Assembly (NCBI GenBank): GCA_002428325.1
Contig: DIVR01000077.1
Location: forward strand, 1 to 56,332
Origin: a bacterium UBP4_UBA6127
GTDB taxonomy: Bacteria; UBP4; UBA4092
DNA length: 56,332 bases
Direction of reading: 5' to 3'
Positions 38,185-48,201 of the stretch are shown one piece after another (position 1 is the stretch's first letter; each line of letters begins with the position of its first letter). The notes beneath the pieces were generated by a model, which worked only from the letters and a program-made list of their open reading frames with translations, was not told where the DNA came from and made no database searches. The position numbers and the translations under genes are program-made.

Positions 38185-40389
38185 ATGCGTTATGAAGTAC
38201 TATCTGGCATCATAGCCCTGCTTTCGCTGGGATATGTCGCCTACCTGGTTATCTGGCTGAAAAAGCAGGATACAGGTACGGAAAAAATGAAAGAGATCGC
38301 CAGTGCGATCCGTGAAGGCGCGAACGCTTTCGTCAAACGTCAGTACACCACCATTGCCATCCTGGCAGTAGTGGCAGGTGCCGCGATTTTACTTGCCTAC
38401 GGCATCTTTAAAAAAGATGGGGGTTGGAACATCGGATTATACATCTCGATTTCCTTCTGGTTTGGCGCTCTTTGTTCCGGAATTGCCGGTATTGTCGGCA
38501 TGTTAACAGCCGTCCGTTCCAATATTCGGACAGCTTCCGCTGCCAGCCGTGGAATGTCCCCGGCCTTAGTTACCGCATTACGCGGGGGTGCCATTTCCGG
38601 GGTCACCGTGGTTTCCATGAGTTTACTGGGAATTTCTTTCTTATATTACGTCTGTGATGTGATTTTACTGGTTCCTGCAGAGAATATTCCTTCCTTGATT
38701 ATCGGTTACGGTTTCGGCGCCAGCTTTGTGGCTTTATTTGCCCAATTAGGCGGCGGTATCTTCACCAAAGCGGCTGATGTTGGCGCTGACTTGGTAGGAA
38801 AAGTCGAAGCCGGTATCCCGGAAGATGACCCCCGGAACCCGGCGGTCATCGCTGACCTGGTCGGTGATAACGTGGGTGACTGCGCTGGCCGTGGGGCTGA
38901 CCTTTTCGAATCTACTGCTGCTGAAAATATCGGTGCCATGATTCTCGGTGCCGGGATTTACGCCATCCTGACCAAAATCGATCCGACGGCTACTTCAACC
39001 AAATATATCGCCTGGATTGTTTTCCCGTTGGTTGCCCGTGCTTTCGGTCTGATTGCCTCCATCATCGGGATTGAATCGGTTCGTCCCAGAGAAAGCGCAA
39101 AAGACCCAATGCAATCTCTGAACTTTGGTTATTATGTAACAGCCATTTTCGGCGCTATTGGCTTCTTTATTGCCACCAAATGGCTTTTGGCTCCTTCCAT
39201 GGCTCCCGGCGCTTATATTTACCTCTTCTACGCCGGAATGGTCGGTATTCTGCTGAGTGTTGTGTTCCTTTTCATTACCCAGTATTACACTGAAATCAAA
39301 TATCGCCCAGTACAGGAAATTGTTGAAGGGTCCAAGACTGGCCACGGCACTAACATTATTGCCGGACTCGGTGTTGCTTATGAATGCACCGCTGTCCCCA
39401 TTATTGCTATTGCTGCCGCTCTTGGCACTTCTTACTGGCTGGGAATCAAGGCGAATGTTGTTACCTCCGATATGTTTGCCCAGGCTCAGGCCACCGGGCT
39501 TATGTCTGCGACACTTCCTGTCAATTTCAATCTTTACATAAATGGTATTTTTGGAACCGCCATCGCCACCATGGGTATGCTGGCCACCTGCGGCTACATT
39601 CTTGCCATGGATACCTTCGGCCCGATTACAGATAACGCCGGTGGTATTGTGGAAATGTCCGGCGCTCCGGAAGAAATTCGGAAAAACACCGATCGGTTGG
39701 ATGCAGTCGGTAATACCACCAAGGCCCTGACCAAAGGTTATGCCGTTGGTTCTGCTGCTTTAGCTGCCTTCCTGCTCTTCTCCGCTTACATTGAAGATAC
39801 CAATAAACTTCTGGAAGCGGCTGGCAAGGAAGTTATCCATTCGGTCAATATGAATAACATCACCACCTTTATCGGCGCCATGCTGGGTGCCATGCTGGTT
39901 TTCCTCTTCAGCGCTTTTGCTATCCGTGCTGTCGGTAAAGCGGCTCAGACCATCATTCAGAATGTCCGGGAACAGTTCAAAAATAACCCGGGTATCATGA
40001 AAGGCACTTCCAAACCGGATTATGCAGCTTGCGTTAACGTTGCGACCAAAGGTGCCCTGAAACAGATGATCAAACCCGGACTTATTGTTATCGTGGTTCC
40101 TATCCTTATCGGCTACTTCCTGAAAGCGGAAGCAGTGGCTGCCATGTTAATGGTCGGTACCATTACCGGTGTCCTCATGGGCCTGGTTATGAATAACGGC
40201 GGCGGCGCCTGGGACAATGCCAAGAAATACTTTGAAATCAATGGCATGAAGGGTACTGAAGCCCACAAAGCAGCGGTAACCGGTGATACGGTCGGCGATC
40301 CTTTCAAGGATACCGCGGGTCCGTCTCTCCACGTCTTTGTGAAGCTTCTGGCTACACTGACTCTGGCTCTCGCAGCCCTGTTTATCTAA
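38185..40389 (+). CDS. hppA: membrane-bound proton-translocating pyrophosphatase, K+-independent type (GNTTKA)
   Basis: Motifs GDNVGDCAGRGADLFES, DNAGGIVEM and GNTTKALTKG. 16 TM helices. Confidence 0.9.
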   Translation: MRYEVLSGIIALLSLGYVAYLVIWLKKQDTGTEKMKEIASAIREGANAFVKRQYTTIAILAVVAGAAILLAYGIFKKDGGWNIGLYISISFWFGALCSGIAGIVGMLTAVRSNIRTASAASRGMSPALVTALRGGAISGVTVVSMSLLGISFLYYVCDVILLVPAENIPSLIIGYGFGASFVALFAQLGGGIFTKAADVGADLVGKVEAGIPEDDPRNPAVIADLVGDNVGDCAGRGADLFESTAAENIGAMILGAGIYAILTKIDPTATSTKYIAWIVFPLVARAFGLIASIIGIESVRPRESAKDPMQSLNFGYYVTAIFGAIGFFIATKWLLAPSMAPGAYIYLFYAGMVGILLSVVFLFITQYYTEIKYRPVQEIVEGSKTGHGTNIIAGLGVAYECTAVPIIAIAAALGTSYWLGIKANVVTSDMFAQAQATGLMSATLPVNFNLYINGIFGTAIATMGMLATCGYILAMDTFGPITDNAGGIVEMSGAPEEIRKNTDRLDAVGNTTKALTKGYAVGSAALAAFLLFSAYIEDTNKLLEAAGKEVIHSVNMNNITTFIGAMLGAMLVFLFSAFAIRAVGKAAQTIIQNVREQFKNNPGIMKGTSKPDYAACVNVATKGALKQMIKPGLIVIVVPILIGYFLKAEAVAAMLMVGTITGVLMGLVMNNGGGAWDNAKKYFEINGMKGTEAHKAAVTGDTVGDPFKDTAGPSLHVFVKLLATLTLALAALFI

Positions 40390-40424
40390 TTCAAATTAAA
40401 TAAACAGACGTTTTAGAAACCCCA

Positions 40425-40464
40425 CAGGGGATACGGTTTAACGGCCGTATCCCCTGTTTTTTTT
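40425..40464 (+). terminator. strong rho-independent terminator after hppA
   Basis: 12-bp stem caggggauacgg/ccguauccccug followed by a U8 tract. Confidence 0.8.
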
Positions 40465-40573
40465 GTTATTGATAGCTTAACTTTGGATAGTCATTAGGAT
40501 AAATAATAAAGGGAGAGTAATTGAACTATCTTATTATTGACTTTCTTTATGAGACCTGTTTCCGGAAGGGAAT

Positions 40574-41791
40574 TTATTTCTTAATATATGCGTTCTGTGT
40601 ACTTTGCATCCAAATATAAAGCCGAACCATCCTCATATTAAAGATGTATTCACCTTTAGAATCTCCGGGACGGATGACTTTCAAACCTTTCATTTTTCTG
40701 AAGAAGTTATCCACCTTTTTCTTTTCTCTTTCAGTTAACCCTGAAGAAATTTCGGACCTATTAAAAGACATAATATCAGGTCCCATTTTAGCGATTTTAT
40801 TAAGGATAGATTTGTAATCCTCGCTTCGTAAGGCTTTATAGACCTGCTGATCAACATATTTTTTCCCGACTTCTTCCGCCGCAGTAAAAATGGCCCTGAA
40901 AGCATCATCTTTATCTATTTCACCATCGGTATCAAGCCAATATGCACAATCTCCAACTAAATGCATGATTTTGGGAAATCCCGCTGAAAAATGGGTAAGC
41001 AAATCCATCGCTTCTTTAGTGACTGTCATTTTTTCTGAGTTAAAAGATCGGGTAAAGAATTCCTCCATTTCATCGCTATTCATTGAATCAATCTGAATGA
41101 CATCGAAAATCCGGTCAATAGGTTGATGCTTTTGAATCATCTCGCGTCTTTTTTCTTCGACCCCACATAACATTAAGAGTAAAGGAACTGGTTTTTGTGA
41201 AAGGGCATTTTGATCGACTAATCCTTTGATGAAATGGGAAAATTGAGGACTTGAAGTAATTCCATTTATCTCGTCTAAAACCAGGAAAATCCCTTTTATT
41301 CCAGAATCTTTAAGCCGGTTATAGGTTTCACCCAGGAATTCCAGCATTTGATGGGGTGTAGAAAGTTGGACTGAATCTTGTTTGATTTTTTCTAAGTTAA
41401 TCTTGATACCAAAAAGTTCCTGCTGGCCAACATATTTAGCCAGCCAATTTCTGATTTTTTCCGAACGATTTGGATCATAAACACCTGCCCGTAGGGTAGC
41501 GCTGACAATGCTGGTAGCCAGACCAGAAAGGCCCTCCACCCCACCCAGGGGAGCATAGATACCTAATAATCCTTGTTTTAATTCGGCGACTGACTGAACA
41601 AACCCAGCAATAGAACTTTTTCCTATCCCATACTCACCTTGAATGAAAATAGAAACAGGTTTCCCGTTAGCAACTTGGGCTACACCCCGCTGTAAGATAC
41701 GGTTAATTTGTTCTGAACGCCCAACGAAAAACTCAACAGGCACTGGTTGACCAGGATAGAAAGGGCTTTTGGCTTTTAACTGGGTGGACAT
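40574..41791 (-). CDS. P-loop ATPase, archaeal-type AAA (Arch_ATPase/DUF234-like)
   Basis: Walker A GEYGIGKSS. Walker B IFLVLDEI. Likely winged-helix C-terminus. Confidence 0.6.
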   Translation of the reverse strand: MSTQLKAKSPFYPGQPVPVEFFVGRSEQINRILQRGVAQVANGKPVSIFIQGEYGIGKSSIAGFVQSVAELKQGLLGIYAPLGGVEGLSGLATSIVSATLRAGVYDPNRSEKIRNWLAKYVGQQELFGIKINLEKIKQDSVQLSTPHQMLEFLGETYNRLKDSGIKGIFLVLDEINGITSSPQFSHFIKGLVDQNALSQKPVPLLLMLCGVEEKRREMIQKHQPIDRIFDVIQIDSMNSDEMEEFFTRSFNSEKMTVTKEAMDLLTHFSAGFPKIMHLVGDCAYWLDTDGEIDKDDAFRAIFTAAEEVGKKYVDQQVYKALRSEDYKSILNKIAKMGPDIMSFNRSEISSGLTEREKKKVDNFFRKMKGLKVIRPGDSKGEYIFNMRMVRLYIWMQSTQNAYIKK

Positions 41792-41861
41792 AACCTGACT
41801 ACCTCTATTCTAGTTTTTATTAGTATAAAGCTTACATCCAAAAAGAGTAAAGCCTGATTAG

Positions 41862-43109
41862 TTAATTTCCACCCTTGATTTCCCAATCCTGGGGGATATG
41901 GATGACAGCTTCATCTCCCGGGCTGCCCAGAGAAACAAAGATGGAATATTGGCAGGCATGATAGTCGTAGGCGGTTTCTTCAGTGATAGGGTCTCGATAG
42001 ATGCCGGGGGATAAGAGGTATTTCCCCTGTTGCAGAGTGAACTGGGGGTAATGGACCCGCCAACGGCCTTTACCCTGGACAGTACCTGTTTCTATTTTTC
42101 GTATCTGGGTATTGGACCCATTCAGGTAGATGCCGTCTTCATTAGCCCAGCCCAGCCCAAAGATGGGATTTTCCACCGGTTGCGAGGCTTCATATTCTAT
42201 CTCAATGGTCAGAGGGTCCCCCGGGTCAAAGAGGTATTTTTCTTCGCCCTTACCATTCAGGATACGGACCTGGGTGATTTTGATTTCTCCGGTTCCGCTT
42301 CGATATCCCACTTTCCGGGTCGGGATAATCTGGACTTCAGCGTATTGCCGGGCCAGCGCCATTCGCTGTTCCATGATTTTCTCATAATAGACTTTGACTG
42401 TGGCTTTGGCTTTGTCATCTATCAGGATATGCCCGTTTTTAATCAGGATAGCCCGTTGGCAGGTTTTCTCCACCATCCCCAAATCATGGGAGACCAGGAT
42501 AATGGTTTTCCCTTCCCGCTGGAATTCTTTGATTTTCTCAATGCATTTTTGCTGGAAAGCGCCATCTCCCACCGCCAGGACTTCATCCACTAGCAGCACC
42601 TCCGGCTCGATATGGACAGCGATAGAGAACCCCAGCCTTACAAACATCCCGGAGGAATAATGTTTGATAGGGCTGTCGATAAAAGGCCTTAATTCGGCAA
42701 AATCGATTATCTCCTCCATCTTTTCATCCAAAACTTTCTGGGAGATGCCCAAGATGGAACCATTGAGGTAGATATTTTCTCTTCCGGTCAGGTCAGGATG
42801 GAACCCGGCTCCCAGTTCAAGAAGGGCTGCGATCTTGCCATTGACTTTGATTTCCCCGGTGGTAGGCGGGGTAATCCCCAATATCAGTTTTAAAAGGGTG
42901 CTTTTCCCGGAGCCATTATCCCCGATAATGCCAAGGGTCTGGCCTTTGGGAATTTCAAAAGAGATATCATCCAAAGCCACCAGGGATTTGGTTTTCATCC
43001 TCTTCCAAAAAAAAAGGCTTTTCAGGAAAAGTTCCCGAATAGTGGAATAATGCTCCTCTTGGAGATTAAAGGCTTTGGTTACATGTTGGACACTGACAGC
43101 AGAATTCAT
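41862..43109 (-). CDS. ABC transporter ATP-binding protein, Wzt/TagH polysaccharide-export type with C-terminal substrate-binding domain; no adjacent permease
   Basis: GDNGSGKST, LSGGM-like YSSGMFVRLG, DEVLAVGD, and a C-terminal extension of about 170 aa. Confidence 0.7.
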   Translation of the reverse strand: MNSAVSVQHVTKAFNLQEEHYSTIRELFLKSLFFWKRMKTKSLVALDDISFEIPKGQTLGIIGDNGSGKSTLLKLILGITPPTTGEIKVNGKIAALLELGAGFHPDLTGRENIYLNGSILGISQKVLDEKMEEIIDFAELRPFIDSPIKHYSSGMFVRLGFSIAVHIEPEVLLVDEVLAVGDGAFQQKCIEKIKEFQREGKTIILVSHDLGMVEKTCQRAILIKNGHILIDDKAKATVKVYYEKIMEQRMALARQYAEVQIIPTRKVGYRSGTGEIKITQVRILNGKGEEKYLFDPGDPLTIEIEYEASQPVENPIFGLGWANEDGIYLNGSNTQIRKIETGTVQGKGRWRVHYPQFTLQQGKYLLSPGIYRDPITEETAYDYHACQYSIFVSLGSPGDEAVIHIPQDWEIKGGN

Positions 43110-43155
43110 GGAATTATTATACTTCAGAAAAGGGAATCAAGCCCGGGACGAAGTG

Positions 43156-44235
43156 TTATTTCCCGTCGGGTGTTTGCAGGTTACGGCAGCCGATGCATTC
43201 TTTGGGATAATGCCCCGCCCGGATATTTTCCCGGAAAAGCTGATAGGCCATCCCATTCCATATCTGGGAGAAGGATTGTTCATTCACATTTCCCATCTTC
43301 CGGATGGTATGGCAGCAGGGATGGATATCTCCATTCCAGTTGACCCAGTAGTTTCGCCAAGGTTCATGGCAGACTTTCCCTGGCCCGGGATTTACAAAAA
43401 GGGATTCTGACATTTTATTGAGGATGGGGTCATTGAGTTCCCGGACAACATAATCCTCGGCAATCTTGACTTCCGACTGGGGAGGCAAATCCACTATGAT
43501 TCCCAGCTCATGCCCTAATTGGGCTGCTTTCTCAAATTCTTCTTTCATCAGCTGGGGATACATAAACATGCTTTCCTGCCGGGTGGCTTCTCCGAAAATC
43601 CAGATATGCCGGACTCCTACATAGTTAATCCCAAACCGATGGGCAACCCGGATATAATCTCCCAGCTCATGGATATTGGATTTCATTAAGACAAATTCCA
43701 GGGTGATTTCCGGCAGGGTCGCTCCCATCTGTTCCCGGGTTTTAACCAGTCTCTCAATATTTCCCATCACATGGTCCCAGTTGGACTTGCGGCGGATTTT
43801 CTCATAGGTCTCTCTGGTTCCGGCATCCAGGGAGACCATGACGGTCCGAATCTTGTTTCTTACCAAAGCCTCGGCATGCCGCTGAGGCATGATCGTCCCG
43901 TTGGTCGCAAACCGTATGCCATCGGTATGTTGGGAAGCTAATTCCAGCATCTCCAGAAAATGGGGATTCACAAAAGGTTCGCCGCTGCCCTGCAATACCA
44001 CCGATTCGCAGTAATCCATCAATGGCAGCAGTTTCTTGAAGGTTTCCAACGGCATGTCCCCAAAGGCATTATGAAAAGCAAACTGCCTCCAGCACATGAC
44101 ACAATCAATATTGCATCGGCTGGTAACATCCACAAACATATGAATAGGACGGGTTCGGCATGCCGGCGGCATTAGCCTGTCTTCAATTCGTTTAATGCCC
44201 CGGTTTACCCGGCGGCGTTGTGGAGTTGTGAGCAT
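43156..44235 (-). CDS. radical SAM protein with SPASM-like C-terminal Cys cluster
   Basis: CNIDCVMC (Cx3Cx2C). C-terminal C..HPCCH..CIGC. Confidence 0.7.
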   Translation of the reverse strand: MLTTPQRRRVNRGIKRIEDRLMPPACRTRPIHMFVDVTSRCNIDCVMCWRQFAFHNAFGDMPLETFKKLLPLMDYCESVVLQGSGEPFVNPHFLEMLELASQHTDGIRFATNGTIMPQRHAEALVRNKIRTVMVSLDAGTRETYEKIRRKSNWDHVMGNIERLVKTREQMGATLPEITLEFVLMKSNIHELGDYIRVAHRFGINYVGVRHIWIFGEATRQESMFMYPQLMKEEFEKAAQLGHELGIIVDLPPQSEVKIAEDYVVRELNDPILNKMSESLFVNPGPGKVCHEPWRNYWVNWNGDIHPCCHTIRKMGNVNEQSFSQIWNGMAYQLFRENIRAGHYPKECIGCRNLQTPDGK

Positions 44236-44429
44236 TCCAATTTCCCTTTCAATCCTATACTAATGGTTGCCTTATGGGTTAGATTTTATCATATTCCTTC
44301 TCTTATTCCGGGGATATTTACCCTCGGTTAATTATTTATTTCGGCTACTAAATTCTTTGTTATCAAAATTTAAGGGAAAATTTCACAGGTTTTGTTAAAA
44401 TAGTAGCCAGGGATTTTAGCTCTTTTTTC

Positions 44430-44458
44430 TTGACAAAAGACAAGGCTGTTAATAAACT
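44430..44458 (+). promoter_or_regulatory. sigma70-like promoter of the pilin gene (TTGACA, 17-nt spacer, TAAACT)
   Basis: Seen in the sequence. The leader is about 90 nt. Confidence 0.5.
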
Positions 44459-44548
44459 TAGTTTTTTATAAAGATGTATCGCCGGGAGGACTGTTTTTTT
44501 ATAGTCCGATTGTACCGGTTCACTCAGAGGGCAAGGAGGTGACTTTAT

Positions 44549-45199
44549 ATGATGTTTAACTCCCCCAAAAAAGGTTTTACCCTGATTGAATTGCTAATTG
44601 TTGTGGCGATTATTGCGATTCTGGCGGCCATTGCCATTCCCAACTTCCTGCAAGCCCAGGTTCGGGCCCGTGTCTCCAGTGTGAAATCGGGCATGCATAC
44701 TACGGCAACCGGTTTGGAATCTTACTATGTGGATAACAACGATTATCCGCCGACAATATATTCTGGAGATCAATTTAACTACCATATTCCTAATGAGGTT
44801 ACCACTCCAGTTGCCTATTTGACCAGCTGGCCGAAAGACCCCTTTGAAACCTATGCAGGAACCGGCGCAGGCTGGCTGCCTTTGAAATACCAACGGCCGG
44901 GTTTCGCCTATTACAATGGAGCTCTCACAAATTGGTACCTCCAAGTGCCGGGCACCTATCCGATTGACGATGGAACAGCAACCCTGTATCGGTTTTATGG
45001 TCCGGGAAATCCGGCTAATGATGCCGGATGTCCTGGTAGCGCAGTTAATATCCGATGGGCTGTTTTCAGTGTCGGTCCGGATAAAGAATTCGAGACCGCT
45101 CAGCCTATCCCCATGCGCACCTGGTATGACCCGACCAATGGTGTTGTCTCCAATGGAAATATTGTCAGAATCTCTGATGGTAATGGGAATTATAAATAA
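44549..45199 (+). CDS. GspG/PilA-like major pilin (prepilin N-terminus KGFTLIELLIVVAIIAILAAIAIPNF)
   Basis: Canonical G-1/F+1/E+5. C-terminal ..FSVGPDKEFE...TWYDPTNGVVSNGNI is GspG-like. RBS aaggagg. Confidence 0.8.
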   Translation: MMFNSPKKGFTLIELLIVVAIIAILAAIAIPNFLQAQVRARVSSVKSGMHTTATGLESYYVDNNDYPPTIYSGDQFNYHIPNEVTTPVAYLTSWPKDPFETYAGTGAGWLPLKYQRPGFAYYNGALTNWYLQVPGTYPIDDGTATLYRFYGPGNPANDAGCPGSAVNIRWAVFSVGPDKEFETAQPIPMRTWYDPTNGVVSNGNIVRISDGNGNYK

Positions 45200-45215
45200 T
45201 ATGTGATTTTGTGTG

Positions 45216-45250
45216 AAAAACAGCCAGCCTTGGTTTCTGGCTGTTTTTCA
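45216..45250 (+). terminator. rho-independent terminator after the pilin gene
   Basis: cagccagccuugguuucuggcuguuuuu. Confidence 0.75.
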
Positions 45251-45354
45251 CCGATTTTACATAAAAACCAAATTGGTGTAATCTTTTTAAAGTATTCTTT
45301 ATATTGAGTTTCTTATAGAAATTAAATCTAATTAGAAAAGGAGTAATAAGTAAA

Positions 45355-46104
45355 ATGAAAAAAGTATTGGCTTTATTTTCTTTAACACTATTGACGGCAG
45401 CCTTCTCTTTTGCCCAAATCACTCCCATCAATGCCACCCTTAAAGCAGTCGATGCCAATGGGTATGCAATCAACACCGGTATTACTTACACTATTGTGGG
45501 TGTCAATGTGACCCCCCTTAATTATGATCCCACCCGCTTACAACGTTACATTGTTGATACAGCTACCGGTTGGGGCATGATGATTGATAAGTCGGGTGGA
45601 TTTGCTACTAATCCTGCCTATAATGTTGGTGACCTTATGAAAGTAACCGGAACAATTACCATGTACAATGGTTTGATGGAATTTACCCCCACCGATACAA
45701 CTGAAAATTTGGGGTCTGGTTATGCTGTTTCTACCGCAGTGATTCCCTCAATTGCTTCTTGCACTGCTTTTGATCAAACGTTGGCTTCTGGTGGGGAATT
45801 TTATGAAAGCCGTTTAGTCCGCTTGAATAATGTATCTATTTCGGGTGGAGATGCCTGGCCTGCAGCTGGTATTAATGCTAATGTCAACATTACGGATGCT
45901 TCCGGTGCTACCATGATTTTACGTATTGATAAAGATACCGATGTGGATGGATCTACTCAACCAACAGGTTCATTTAATGTAATAGGTGTTATTACTCAAT
46001 ATGATAACTCTTCTCCTTTTAATACTGGGTATCAGATTATGCCGACCCAATTATCCGATATTGGAGCTGCCGCTGTTGCCGACTGGTCAGTAATGGCTAA
46101 ATAA
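45355..46104 (+). CDS. secreted protein with ExeM/NucH-N-like OB modules (paralogous to C-terminal half of next gene)
   Basis: Signal peptide. Repeats V(T/E)G(T/V)(I/V)T.YNGL(M/L)E(F/L) and G..QYD.SSP....YQIMP shared with the 46324-48111 product. Confidence 0.5.
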   Translation: MKKVLALFSLTLLTAAFSFAQITPINATLKAVDANGYAINTGITYTIVGVNVTPLNYDPTRLQRYIVDTATGWGMMIDKSGGFATNPAYNVGDLMKVTGTITMYNGLMEFTPTDTTENLGSGYAVSTAVIPSIASCTAFDQTLASGGEFYESRLVRLNNVSISGGDAWPAAGINANVNITDASGATMILRIDKDTDVDGSTQPTGSFNVIGVITQYDNSSPFNTGYQIMPTQLSDIGAAAVADWSVMAK

Positions 46105-46120
46105 TCAAGCGGTTTTTTGA

Positions 46121-46170
46121 TAATTTAAGAAAAGATAATCAACCCTCCTGTAAGAAGCACAAACCTTGCA
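46121..46170 (+). terminator. rho-independent terminator
   Basis: cccuccuguaag...cuugcaggaggg followed by uuuuuuuu. Confidence 0.6.
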
Positions 46171-46323
46171 GGAGGGTTTTTTTTACTGGAAACAGGCAGG
46201 TTCCTTGTTTCTGAATAATGAGCATTAATCAAGGTTTGCTTAATTTTTGAAAAAGCATTATATTATGAAAATAGCCCCTCCTAAAAAATGGGGTTAAACA
46301 ACAAAATGGAGGGAGGGTTTTTG

Positions 46324-48111
46324 ATGAAAAGTAAGAAAATATTTTTTGCAATGATGATTTTAGTATTAATCCTGGTGCCTATTCTGGCGGGGGCGGTTTC
46401 CACCACCCTGGTTATCAGCGAGTTTAAGACCAGAGGTCTGAATGCCAGCGATGAATTTATCGAAGTCCGCAATATCAGCGCCTCACCGATTGACCTGGGG
46501 GATTATAAGATTGATTATGCATCTTCCAGCGGTTCTATCAGCAACCGGGTTACTTTTACATCCGGGACCTATCTTCCGGCCGGGAAGACTATCCTGGCAG
46601 TCAATGCAGCCTCTTCAAGCTATTTAACAATGGCGGATGCCACTTATGGCAGCGGGATTGCTGACAGCGGCCAATTGGCTGTTCGTAAAACCAGTGATGA
46701 TTCCGTGGTAGATGCGGTGGCCTGGGGAACTGGGATTACCTTTGCTTTTGGGAATACGGATACAACCTTGGGATATACTTCATCTGATACAACCAGCAGC
46801 CGGGAACGGAAACCTGCCGGGGTGAATACCACCGATACCGACAGTAACCTGAATGATTTTATGGTTCAGGCAAGTCCCAGCCCTACCTCTCTGGGTATCC
46901 CCAAACTGATGAATCTGGTTCAGTCTCCCTTTGTGCCTAATGCGTCCCAGGCTTGCAATCTTACCGTAACAGCCTATGGAACCGGCGGCAATACCCTCAG
47001 TAAACTGACAGTTTCCTGGTCGGTTGGGACCGTTGCCCAGGCTTCCATTGAAATGACGGCCGGCGCCAGCAGCAGTTATACGGCAGCTTTAGCCGGACAA
47101 GCCAATGGAGCGGCCGTTCGTTATAATATTACGGCTTATGATAATGCCGGAAATACCGTTGCCCTCGAAAAAGGCTATGTGGTGGGAACGACCCAGATTG
47201 CCACCTTACGGGAATCCGATGCTTATGGAACTTCGTTAGTGGAAGGTCTGGCCGCCCGGGCAGCCGGAATTGTAACGGTTGATGCGGGAGTCTTTGCCAG
47301 CGGCAGTTTATCCGTTTATATGCAGGATAACAGCGGTCCCCAGGGTTGGAGCGGGTTGAATGTTTATTCACCTCTTTCCACTTATGGGAATGTCTCCGCC
47401 GGAAATTCAGCGGTGGTCGAGGGTGTGGTTACCCTCTATAACGGATTATTGGAATTAGCGGTCGGCCCAACCTATGGCGGCGGTACCGTCGATATAACGG
47501 GCGGCCCTTATCCGTTGCCAGCCGCTGTGATTCTCCCCAGCCTGGATGGCAGCCTGGAAGATTATGAAGGCATCCTGGTGGTAATACCGGATTTCTATTC
47601 CACCTTTACAGCCTCCACTACCGGCAGCCAGAATTATGATGGTTGGAGAAGCGGCGATCCCAATGATAAAGTTACCCTTCGGCTTTGGAGTCCTACCGGA
47701 CTTTCAGCTACGCCTCCTGCCGGTTATCCTATCGGCCTGAAAGGTATCCTGGGCCAGTATGATTACAGCAGCCCCTATCTGGACAGCTATCAGATTATGC
47801 CTCGGATGACGGCTGATTTCGGCAGCACTTTGGTTTTAACACCCCCGGAATCCAAGGCAGTGAAACCTAATCAGGTGGTTAGTTTCAGTGTCTCTGGCGG
47901 AACCGGACCTTATACCTGGTCGGTTGTATCTTCAGGCGGAGCCTCTGGCAACCTGGATTCTACCACCGGTAGCACCGTTAACCTGACAGTCGGTCCTAAT
48001 AACGGGATTCTTTATCTGGTGGTTTATGATAGTGGCAGTGTTTACGGAGCCTCGGGTCTTTTGACTGTTACCCCGACTTCTGCCCCTTTATTCTGGGGTT
48101 TGACTGAATAA
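46324..48111 (+). CDS. secreted lamin-tail-domain (LTD) protein with ExeM/NucH-N-like OB modules, no nuclease domain
   Basis: LTD segment LVISEFKTRGLNASDEFIEVRNISASPIDLGDYKIDY...FTSGTYLPAGKTILAV. Start at 46324 after ggagggagg. Confidence 0.6.
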   Translation: MKSKKIFFAMMILVLILVPILAGAVSTTLVISEFKTRGLNASDEFIEVRNISASPIDLGDYKIDYASSSGSISNRVTFTSGTYLPAGKTILAVNAASSSYLTMADATYGSGIADSGQLAVRKTSDDSVVDAVAWGTGITFAFGNTDTTLGYTSSDTTSSRERKPAGVNTTDTDSNLNDFMVQASPSPTSLGIPKLMNLVQSPFVPNASQACNLTVTAYGTGGNTLSKLTVSWSVGTVAQASIEMTAGASSSYTAALAGQANGAAVRYNITAYDNAGNTVALEKGYVVGTTQIATLRESDAYGTSLVEGLAARAAGIVTVDAGVFASGSLSVYMQDNSGPQGWSGLNVYSPLSTYGNVSAGNSAVVEGVVTLYNGLLELAVGPTYGGGTVDITGGPYPLPAAVILPSLDGSLEDYEGILVVIPDFYSTFTASTTGSQNYDGWRSGDPNDKVTLRLWSPTGLSATPPAGYPIGLKGILGQYDYSSPYLDSYQIMPRMTADFGSTLVLTPPESKAVKPNQVVSFSVSGGTGPYTWSVVSSGGASGNLDSTTGSTVNLTVGPNNGILYLVVYDSGSVYGASGLLTVTPTSAPLFWGLTE

Positions 48112-48142
48112 CTGCGGTTTATTTCAATTTAACTTTCTTACC

Positions 48143-48180
48143 GGGGTTCTCTCCATCAAGAGAACCCCTTCTTTTATTTC
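48143..48180 (+). terminator. rho-independent terminator
   Basis: gggguucucuccaucaagagaaccccuucuuuuauuu. Confidence 0.6.
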
Positions 48181-48201
48181 CTTATCAATAGAGTCTCACC
48201 T

